From positions 2,840,819 to 2,904,818 of the forward strand of contig NW_003314272.1 of the NCBI RefSeq assembly GCF_000143415.4: 64,000 nt of DNA, given 5' to 3'. Shown piece after piece: positions 39,930-50,834 of this stretch. The DNA is from Selaginella moellendorffii (lineage: Eukaryota; Plantae; Lycopodiophyta). How positions within the stretch are numbered: the first letter of the stretch is position 1; the number at the start of each line of letters is the position of its first letter. Below the pieces are notes generated by a model. The model worked only from the letters and a program-made list of their open reading frames with translations. It ran no database searches and was not told the origin of the DNA. The position numbers were made by a program, and so were the translations under genes.

Positions 39930-40198
39930 CTCTCTTGAAACCCTACCCCTCGGGTTGAGCCTAGCAGGAGCAAACTGGACCAGCCAAATGTCAATCAACA
40001 TGTGGCATGATTCCCCTAGCCAACTAATAGAGTTGGACCCGAGACTTGCTCTGATACCAAATGTAAGCTCATGAGTTTGGACTTCCTAAGAGATCACCCA
40101 GCCCAATACTATTCAAACCCAAGGACGCTTAACCCAAAGTATCCCAAGACCCTTAACCGATTGGAAAAGAGGGTGCACTCTTGTTCATGGGCCCTTTT
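39930..40198 (-). mobile_element. Partial Cassandra TRIM (internal part, PBS and 5' LTR), interrupted by the family C LTR
   Basis: Reverse complement of ~2540-2780, including the 5S-like box; PBS at 40048-40059; LTR end at 40062. Confidence 0.8.
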
Positions 40199-43100
40199 TG
40201 TCGCGAATGTGACTTCGGGTATCAAAAGTTACCTGTCGGCCAGTCCTTACGGACACTCTTTCCTTACTGCCATGATAGCAGGAGGTCGGTATTGCTAGAC
40301 CCTTTATCAATCCCTTTTGTGCTAGTGGAGTTAACTGGGCATTTCGAGTGTACTTAGATCGGACAAGCATAAGGATGGAATTCCTATGTGTTATTAACTA
40401 AGCATACTTAGCCTGGTAAGGAGTTCTGTCTCGTTTTGTCTTGCACTTGCTAGTAACAAGAACCTTTGTGTATTGAGATTAGTCCCTCAATATCACTACA
40501 TGATAGCTTACTGTGTCTGCCAAACACACTCACTATCATGCCCTTTGTGTTAGTCTTATTTTGGTCCCAAATGCTAATTATGAAAAGTGTTTAGATTTGC
40601 TCATTTGGCATATCTATGGAATGTAGAAATTCGCTTGAACACAATGGTGTTCGTCCCATGTCCAAATTCGCAATATAGTGCCATTCTATATTTAGTAAGT
40701 TTTGAGCTTGTCCTAGAGACTAACTCACTAACTCCTAATACTAAGGGTGGCTTGGGGTGAAAGCCCAAAATGTGTGTTCCTCAGGGGGGGGGGGGTGTAG
40801 CGCATGTGATCATGGGATGAGATTTGGATATACTGTTACCGTGGATCCTTGGAACCTTGGGGGATAAATGGGGATAAAATAGCCACTAAAGGCTCTCTCA
40901 TCAAGCAATTGCCCCTTTTCCAGTTGGCTTAAGGGGAGAGAGATAAGGTGCGCTACAGTTGGTATCGGAGCAAATGGCACGGGTTCGATTCCCATTGATT
41001 AGTGGCTACCTAAAATATAATATACCCTTGAGCAAGGTATATTCCTACCCCTAAATTAGAAAATCGTATGTATTGGGCATCCATGCATACGTCCTTCCTC
41101 TTGTGGAGCATCCCAGACGAAGGTATCCACCGTGGGACTGCGGTACGGGTGGATGACTAGTTGCCTCACATGGAATAACTGGTCTACACAATGGAAGGAT
41201 TGGTAGATTCAGTGCGGAAATGGAGGTGCTGGTTCCCCTTGGCTCAGTAGGGGTTGTTAGTCAATAGTCAATGAGGACATTGACATCTCTGAAGGGGGGG
41301 TGAGTGTAACGCATGTGATCATGGGATGAGATTTGGATATACTGTCACCGTGAATCCTTGGAACCTTGGGAGATAAATGGGGATAAAATAGCCACTAAGG
41401 GCTCTCTCATCAAGCAATTGCCCTTTTTCCAGTTGGCTTAAGGGGAGAGAGATAAAGTGCGCTACAGGGGGGCTGTGGGGGGTTCCAAATGTATAGTAGG
41501 GAGTATAGTAGGGATAGTGGGTAGGTCGGGCATGGCTGATCAACCTGAGGCATAGTCTAGCTCCCGTTTGCATGCCTGTCCTTGTTCTGCGTCCGGCTTG
41601 GGTCTAAGCCAAAGTTCCACACTATGCTAGCTGGTGGAGTACCCATGTCCTCGCGTTAGGCCACCGGTATGCCGAAATAGCGCTAGACTCTGTTTGGCTC
41701 CGTTTTGCGTGCTGGTCCTGGCATTGGGATGCTGGTTGCTCCAAGACTGTTCCAAGTTTCTCCGGGCTCCTATCCCTTCGCTCCTTGGGCTGTATGCTTG
41801 ATAGTTGCTCCGTGGACCGGTTCTATCACTCCTTGGCTCCATACTTGGGAGTTTGGCACCGTTCCTTCATTTAGTGGCCCAAGGCCCTGAACCTTGGGTT
41901 TTGCACCATTATCATTTGGACACGTGGCATATGACATGTGGCATGTGTCACGTGGCATAAAGAGGGTTTAGGTTCCGCTTCGTGGTGTTATCCTATGGTA
42001 AATCACCATAGGATAAAGGGTAAAAACCACGTGCGCTACATTTGGTATCAGAGGATACATCTCAACAAGTACTATACAATGAGATTGGGCAATTAGTCTC
42101 GTTGCATATGCAGAGATGAAAACAATGATCCGAGTGGGTACACATTTAGGTGCAAAGGCTTCACAATTGTTCTTTGGGTATGGATTTTGGTTACCTTTTG
42201 TACCCCATTGTATTAGCTTGCTCTTGGGCTTATAAGATGGATTTGAGTTGTTCCGTTTGCACGAGTTTTTGCTTGGGCTTGTGAGTGAGGCACATTAACA
42301 ACTCAAGGTTACACTTTGAGTTGGCAGGATTAATGTTGGCCTATCAGTGGTTCCATGAGTTGTTTTGGTGGTTCCATGAGTTGTTCCATGTACCATGAGT
42401 TAAAACAAACCTTCCTTGTGTTTTCTATAAGTGGCAAATAGGTTGGTCCGTAGCTGTTAGCACGGCACTAATGGATCCTTCTTAGGCATGATTATAAGTG
42501 AATCAATCAAGACTATAGGGATTAGTCTATTGGTTCAAGTAGTTATTGCCGTGCTCTCTCATAAACTTTTCTTGGATTAGACTGAAGGTAGTGCGAGTGC
42601 AAGTTTGAGGTTTAGTTGAAGATGAGACCAAAAAGAGAGTCGTCAGGAACGAAGGATCAAACACGTAAATCATTTTCTTTTAGAGAGATGATTTGCAATG
42701 AGGTGTTAACTCATTGCTCATGTTCATATTATGCAATCAAAAGTCCCTACCTTGATGTATATTGGAGATGATGGTCTTGTAAATAGTGAGTTATGGGATG
42801 GATAGTGGTGAAGTATTAAACCATTTTGTCTAAGCTTACTATTGAAAGACTTGGGTTGCAATGCTCAATTCTTTTTCGGGGAACCTTGCTATTTCCTTGA
42901 GTAGCTTGGTGTTGGATTAATGTTGAGTTTGGTCGGAAAGAGAGTGGCATGAGCTTGTCCATGTTATGAACAAAAGTTAGTGGTGTTGAGTGTTGTAAAT
43001 CTCAATTGGTGGGGTGTGCATTTTGTCGAATCGAGTTGACATTTGATGTTCACATAAACCTTTATAATAGTAACATGGGTATTGCTCATAGTGTTGCTTA

Positions 43101-45731
43101 ATTGATGATCAAGTCATTATGATATTTATGTCATATCCATGTGATAATGAGCAATGTGTTTATGAAGTTGCTTGGTTGAACGATAATCAACCCAAAGTGG
43201 TTGATAATGAAGCTAGTCTACTTGCATGTAGTAGTTGTAGTAGCTTTAATTGGGTTCTTGATGAAGGTCCATTATGCTAATCTTAAGTTGATTCCTTGTT
43301 CCTTGAAGGGTTTGCCCATTAAAGTGTTGAAAAGGGTTATAGCATTCACTTGCTATAGCTTGTTAGTTGATCCGTTAACATTTGGAGTAGATTGTTAGAT
43401 GGAGAAGGTGTGTAATTGAGGCATTGACATCGCTAGCATTTGTGTTAGTGGAAGTGGCATTGTTATTTCGAATGAAGAGGAATTTTCCTTAGAACTTGAT
43501 TTTCCATTGTCATTTTTCTTATTAGTATTTTAGCTTCACATTGGATATTGAGAATGATTAAAGAAGAGTGTTAGTGTAATATGGATATCTAAAGATATGG
43601 TCTTCGTGATCAAGCCTAGGATGTTCCATTTGCATTTTGCAGATGTCGATGTTGGATATTGGAAAAATGGGCAAAAATGTTCGATGCTTAAGCATATTGT
43701 TGGATCATGAGAATTAGTGTTAACATGAACCTATGTGAAGTTGTAGGTAGGAGGAAGTTGGTTGAGTCTTGAAAGTTTGTATTATTAGACTTAGAGTCAT
43801 TCTTTCTCTAGAATGGAAAATTTTTTACAAATTTTCTTAAGTTTTTCCAATGGCTGATCTGTTGATCATTTTGTCCGAAAACCATTTAGTTTTTGTAAGC
43901 CAATACAAACTAGTGAAAGGATTAGAGTTGATTTTGGTTAGTTTAAACCTTAGTAAGTAGTTTGTATGATACGACCCGAAAGGAATGTTAACTTTTGGGG
44001 CTAAAGCAATTGAGTTGAATAAAGTCTAGAATTGGTGTAGAAAAGTGGCTGTTGCAGTGTTCTAGAAAGGTGACGTTATGCCTTTCTTTTGTAGTGTTAT
44101 GCTTGGTGGTAGGTTGCACCTTACATTTTGTTAAACTCTATAAGAGTAGTGAGCTTTCATTGATTTTAACTTAATCTTGGTGGCCCTACACCTTAGCTAA
44201 GGATAGTAATGTCCAACTTAGTTGTTTAAAGTTAAGATGTTGGTACCTATACTATAGTTTTGTTTATAAGGAGGTTGTGTACCGATATAAGTTCATCTCA
44301 TGGTTTTCACTTTAGTTTCGACTGATGTTGATCATGCATAGCTGGCCTCTTCAAAAAGGCATACTCAGAGTTGTTGGCTAAATTCATTAGTGAGCTTATT
44401 GCGGTTGAGTTGGATTCAAGTGGTCATTTAGTTTCTGCTTGTCTATGAACCTTTATCTCATACCTGGGGTATTACGTTCATGTTGGATAAAGTATATGAC
44501 TTGATGACATGAGTTTAGTGATGGGTCTTGTGAAGGTAAGTTGAAAAGTGATTGTTGGTTGCTTTGCAACTAGTGATTTCTTGTAGACTTTGTTAAGGGC
44601 TTTTGACACTTGCTTCACTCGATGATGATTTAACAATGATGGGCTTGCTTTACCAAATGGTGTTGCGGAGGATCATGTTGTTAGACTTACATGGTTTCTT
44701 TTCCATGTTGGCATGTCGACTCTACCTTTGTCGATATCATTTGGTTACGTTTAATTCGTAGTGTTGGATTTCATTGAGTCTTGGACGTGGTGGTTCACTC
44801 CTTGATGAAGTGGTATCTATAATTGAGTTTTGCTGAAGAACTTGTCTTGGATACTAACTAAAGTATCTTCGACTTTGGTTAGCTTGGTTGTTAGGGAGTT
44901 TTGAGTGGTGATTCACTCTTGCTTTCTTCTAGCTTTGTTATGGTGTTGATGGCATTGAAGTAATGCCTTGTCATTAATATTATTGATGTTGAGATTCAAG
45001 TGAGATGAGATGTCTATCCTTAATATTGACATTGAGTTTCATTAGTCTTGATGAAGATAATATTCATGATTTAGCTATGGCTTTGTGTTATTGGCATTCG
45101 TGCATTTGATAGTTAGCAACTATGTTAGCGTTTAAACGAGTTGAGTGGCAAGTTTAAGTTAGTTATGTTCTAAACAAGATTGTTTAGTAAAGGTTGAGTT
45201 TTGGCTTTTCCTTAAAAAGTGATTTAGTCATGGACTATTCTAGCTTTACAAGATGAAGAGTTAGTGATCAATATTAGAATATTTTCCTTGCTGAATTTGA
45301 GTTGGGATATATCAATCATTGATGATTCTTCTTGTATTTGTTATGAAGTGAGTTACATCTTGTTATAGATGGATTCATAAAGGATCGTTTAGTGATCACT
45401 TGTTGAGCACAGCTCTATTGTGCTTTATTTTTGGATTAATGCAGATATGCTCTTTATTAGTTTGCATTATGAAGTTTGGCTTATGGATGTGTATTGTGGG
45501 TTGTACCATGATTTCTTCTTTAGCATTGAAGCTGGTTTATGTGAGATTCGTGATCATTATTAGACAATACTTTGCTATAGACTTCTTCGAGTTTTTGGTT
45601 TTTTAAGTTTTCATGCTCATTATTCCATTTGTTAGAAGTTGTTGGGGGAAGGCATTTTGGTTCATTAGCTTCGATGTTGAAGTTTGCTCTTGCATCTAGC
45701 AATCATTGGTAATGATTAACTATCATCTAGG
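40199..45731 (+). mobile_element. Family C element C2: 5' LTR 40199-42040, PBS, decayed internal region, interrupted by A3
   Basis: LTR homologous to 1247-2386; TGGTATCAGAG at 42043-42053; internal region has no intact ORF. Confidence 0.85.
40796..41466 (+). mobile_element. Complete 671-bp TRIM inserted into the poly-G tract of the C2 LTR
   Basis: 162-bp LTRs at 40796-40957 and 41305-41466 (TG...CA); PBS at 40960-40971; PPT at 41291-41304; GGGGG on both flanks. Confidence 0.93.
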
Positions 45732-46196
45732 TGTGAGACACAAAATCCCTAGGCCCCAAAGTGGAGTCGGAAGGGCGCCACGTGGTAGTGGCCGAAGCGA
45801 AAGCCAAACGAGCGTAACACGTTTGGACTAAAAGCTCCGACTTGAAAGGTCGAGAGTGGGAGTGGAACTCCCAACAAAGTGCTCGAGGAATGAGCACGAA
45901 GCGAGCTATAAGCGAGGCTCTAAAAAGGGACCCGAAAGGACCAACACATGACACGTGGAAGTGTCCGAGATGGAGTCCGAGGTGGACCCGAGATGGAATC
46001 CGAGATGGACCCGAAGTGGAGTCCGATATAGAGTCCGAGATGGAGTTCGAGATGGACCCGAAGTGAAGTCCGATATGGAGTCCGAGATGGAGTCCGAGAT
46101 GGAGTTCGATATGGAGTTCGAGATGGAGTCCGAGATGGACCGAGATGGAGTCCGATATGGAGTCCGAGATGGAGTCCGAGATGGAACCGAGACCGG

Positions 46197-46233
<37 letters not shown>

Positions 46234-48633
46234 TCCGAGTCCGAGTCCGAGTCCGAATACTAATACAGGTTGTTGGGTGAAAGCCCAAAGCAATCGTCCC
46301 CCGGGGGGGGGGGGGGGGGGGGCTGCGGGGGGTTCCAAAAGTATAGTAGGGAGAGTGTGGGGGTTGGAGCCCAGTCGGAGCCAGTTTGGCCAGGAAAGGC
46401 TAGTTTGGCCCAGGAAGGCCAGACCCAGTGTTGGGTGATGAGCTGCCCACTGGGAAGTCCAAGACTAGAGTGAACACGGACCGACAAGCGGGGTAGCTTG
46501 GTGAAGTGTTCAAGAGCCGGCTCTAGTTCCCCCGGGAGATCGACTGGCCGATGCTCCCAGTCCAAGTGTGGGTGGCACTACCTACTTGGATACCAAGCGT
46601 GGCTCAACGGAACCTCACTCTAAGCCCATGGCTAGAGCACCTAAGGGCGGAAGGTGGGGAGAGTACCCAGGTGGCTCGCGTAAGGCCACGGTGTTCCGAA
46701 ATGTTGTCCCAAAGGCCCAGACTATGGAAAGGAAGAAGAGCAGTCCTCTGGGGTAGTGACCAAGGACACAGTCATGTGGTGAGGAAGTCCCAGAGGACCG
46801 TGGGACTTAGTGGTCGGGCCTGTGGGCCTCGATCCAGTGGCAGTGTTGGCAAACACGGCCAAGGGCAGAAAGGGACTTAGTGGGGACTGACAGAGGGATA
46901 TTGGGGAAGGCTATTCCCCTTGTCAGTGGGCATCCTAAGGATGCTAAGGAGTGGATCTGAGATGACCACTCACGGATGGTTTGCCTAGTCTTGGAGAGCC
47001 AAGATTGTGATGCAAGTGGTATTGGACTACCAGTGTGGCAAAGGTGATTGGGCATGGCCTTAGCGTAACAAGCTGCCATGTCGGTGGTACTTTTGAGTGT
47101 CGGTCATGGGATCGGACACGTGGAGCACTTGGACTAAGTGCAAATGTTGAGTGGCATGGATGCCATTCTCGGGGCTAGCAAATCCCAAGTCCTAAATTGG
47201 ACTTATGGAGGTTGTGAATGAGACTCCTCCAAGTGGTCGGAGGTGTGGTTAAGTGACTAAAGTAGAATGGAAAATTTAGTCGCTTACAATTTGGTATCAG
47301 AGCTGTTCCTTAGTCCGACTTTTATTGATGCTCAAGTATATCACCATTGATATTGGCATTAGAAGGTCCTAGGAGTGGGCTTATCCTTGAGAAGTAGCAT
47401 GCTGAGAGGACATGGCTCTCCACTCAAGTTCATGCGTGACTTGGGCGCAATGTGGTGGATAGAAAAGGGGCCGGTAAGGGAACAACTTTGGGATTTTGGG
47501 AACAGTATAAGGTCTCCTCAGAGAGTTGAGGATGTGATCCAAATGAGCATTTGACGCAGCAAACGAGCTAACGTAGTTGTGATAAACAACTATAGTTAGG
47601 ATCACGGGAAAGATGTAGACTCCAAAACAATAAAGAAGTCACAAGATTATCCTTATATAGTTGAGGTTGGTTCTCATGAATGTGAGACCAGAGGTAATAA
47701 CTGTGAGAGGTCAAATACGGAAGAGGACTCAAGTCCTTGAAATGGTAGCCGGGGCTACCTTTAATAACTGCTGGAACAACCCAAGGAGTTGGGGGGTGTA
47801 CTTAGAGATGAGTTAGTATTCTCATCACATGGACAAGTAATCCTAAGGGGCAAAGGTTGCCCCCAAAGAACAAAATCAAGTGTCAGAGTAACACTTGTGA
47901 AAATAGTCCTTTTGAGTAGGACAGGAATGCAAGAAGTGTATTCTAGTGAGCTAGTGCCTCACAAGTAAGACCTTACGGGTCTGTGGATTAACCAAGTCTA
48001 AAACTGTTGGATGACTCAAGTAGAGTCAAGGGATAGTCTTAAAAGGACTGATGGAAGCATTTGGACTGATGTGTGTTGTACCCCACGAAGGATGGGGGGG
48101 GATCATAGGATCCAAGGATGAGAACAAAGGGTATCTCATCGATGGCAAAATGTGCCATGCTAAAGTTGTGGGAAAGGTGTTCCCAAAAAAGAAAACAACT
48201 TTGACACAAAGTTGTGTGTGACCTCTATGGTGCAATGCTAACGGATGGTTGGCATGAGAAAGAGTGGTATTGGTCTTGGCAAAGACTTAGACACAAAGAA
48301 GAAGTGTCATAGAGGTAGGCTCATGGAGCCGATGGTGTAGAGCCACCAAATGTGCCAAGGTGTGATACCTTGAGGCTATGTTGGTGGGTTCATGAGAACC
48401 TTTTGCCAAAGGAATCCCAATAGAAATAGGAATGGCATAGCCTAAGCTGCAGAGCATGCAGTTGGAGTGTGGTGACCCAGATAATGATGGAGGTGTGGAA
48501 GCACCAGCAATGAGTTGTAGGACTTGACAACTATAAGGCAATTAAGCAAAACGTGCAAAATAATTGGTTAAACAGGTAGAAGGTAGCTACCTAAGCCTTC
48601 TTAATGGCATAGGGAAGTTGGATATACCCTTAC

Positions 48634-48657
48634 AAGCTCTATTTCGTTAAAGTGGGA
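48634..48657 (+). repeat. Left TIR
   Basis: AAGCTCTATTTCGTTAAAGTGGGA. Confidence 0.95.
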
Positions 48658-49075
48658 ATTGTCATTATCCCACTTGTAAAATAAGGTTTCTAAACCTTTA
48701 TATAGTATATAAATATAACAAAATTCAACTGCATTGAGGCACATGCCATTTTATTTTAAACAAGGAAATGTCTACTCAATCACTTCTCCTCCCCCTGCCA
48801 CTGCTTCACCTCTCTCTTCTCCTTGTCATCGTCATCCAATTTCTTTCCATCCTTTTAATATTGGCTCAGTTGCTCCGAGTCTAGGTGGAGCCCAAGTCCC
48901 CATTCAATCTTTACTTTCCCCTTATTAATAAAACAACTTCGTAGACTTCCAATAACATATTGTAACACTTCTAGTATAATGCAAATCCTCTCAAAGAATT
49001 GTCTTTTAATATTAATACAATGGCATGGAACCCCATGCCATAATAAGTTACATTTTAAAATAAATACATGCCATC

Positions 49076-50774
49076 TCAGACTGTTATTTTTTGCCTCCAA
49101 CGCTTATACAATAATCTTGGAATTTCATCACTCTCCACACTATCAGGATTTAAACCCAATAGTAATGCCATCTCTTCTCTAATACGTCCACGCTCATGTT
49201 CAGTGGTCGAAGAACCCATCCGGTTGAGCAGATTATGGAGATGCGGATAGTGCTTGGCTAGACAATATACATGCCATAAATGATGACTGGTGTCTGTCCG
49301 ATCAAATGGCTTCTGATATACCGTTCCATCTGCCATTTGGTTGATTTCTGCAGCCACCTCCTGGACTGGCCGGTTCTCTATCACCATCGCTCCAAGCCGT
49401 TTTACAAGGTCCCCCAGAACATACGGTTTCTTCTCCCTAGTTTCCATACTGCAACAGATGGGGTGCACTGCATATGTGTGCGTGTTCGCTGCAGTTTTAA
49501 TTGGCGAGTCATCGATGATGAGGATTTCACTTGACCTAGCAGTCCGGTTCATCACTACAGCCTCTGGCTTGACGAAGATGGGCTTGCTACCCCTCACATG
49601 GACCATAGTCAAGCAATCCTCCTGCGTTAGGAGAAAGTCAAATGGTAATATTACTCGCGTCTGATCATGCATCATCTGTAGCAACGTTAATGCATTGTGG
49701 CGCATCATGGATGTCCAAACTCCCAATTGCAAATTGAACCCAGCCCTCTGTTTTAAGTGTCGCATATTCATTATTAGATCCCACAGTTTCTCCCGTGTGA
49801 TTAATGTGAATCTGTCTCTTTTGACCAACTTGTGACCGCAGGCTTTGGAGGGTGCAGTGACATTCGAGGACGAGCCACGCTCATGGGAGAAAAGGACACT
49901 GTTCAGATCAAAAACGATACAGTACCTTCGCCGTGACTTTGAAATGAAATACGTCAGCATAAAAAATGGTACAAGTCAATTTTACCATCTACAATATTAG
50001 CGAATGGTGCTCCCGATGGTCGTTGAGAGGGTTTTGGTCGAGGAAAAGTGAAGGGCGGAAATACTCTCCTCTGCAATGTGGGGTCAATCGCATCCGATGG
50101 CGTGTGGGCACATGCCATTTCAGCTGTAGACTCTGGTACAACTGGCTCAACAGTGGCATGGGGTGGTTCCGATGGCGTGTGATCACACGCCATTTCAGCT
50201 GGTGCCTCCGTCGGCAAAGTGGACATGACCGAACAGGCAGCAGGGGCGGTGTAGGGAGGTTCCAACAGCACGTAGTCAAACGATTGGGCACACGTTGAGT
50301 CCGTTGGAAATGAGGATACGACCGGCTCGGCGGCTGGGGCGGCCTCATGCGGGTCCAATGGCGTCTGGTCACTGTCAGTTGGATACGTGGACAAGATTGA
50401 CTCAGTGGTATGGGCAGCATCAAGTGGAGTGTGGTCAGCTTGCTTGGCGTTGATATGGATAGTAGCCTCCACCAGCTCTGATGACTCTTGCAGCCAAGTA
50501 GAGTCCACTGGCGGATCCATATGCATGTCCAAATATCTCCCTTCGATTGAGATGGTATCCTCCCGTGCTACTAAAAACAAACTCATTAGCACATTGAATC
50601 GACTATACTGTATTTACCATCAACTGCTATTGAGGAACTAAGACCGATATCACTTGGGCGCACTGCTGATTCTGAAGGATTGGACATACGTTTCGACCCT
50701 TGCTTGGCACTATCCTTCCTCGACACTAAAGGCTAGAGTTTGTAAATTCAACTGAATAATCTCTACTTACCATT
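49076..50774 (-). CDS. Cargo gene 2: Pro/Thr-rich N-terminal exon(s) plus an FCP1/SCP (NIF) HAD-superfamily phosphatase-like domain; probably spliced
   Basis: ORF 49076-49960 has IVFDLNSVL (motif I variant), LGVWTS (II), KPIFVK (III) and ILIIDDSPIK (IV). Upstream ORF 49954-50592 and GT-AG candidates are present, but the exon structure is uncertain. Confidence 0.7.
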
Positions 50775-50834
50775 TGCTCTGCGACCTACATGGACAATGT
50801 TAGAAATGGTAAAAGGTTAGGAATGGATGTACTA

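Noticed and set aside
1247-42040. The two family C LTRs as ends of one 41-kb element
   Set aside because: The left LTR is preceded by a PPT (3' LTR) and the right one is followed by a PBS (5' LTR), so they belong to different copies.
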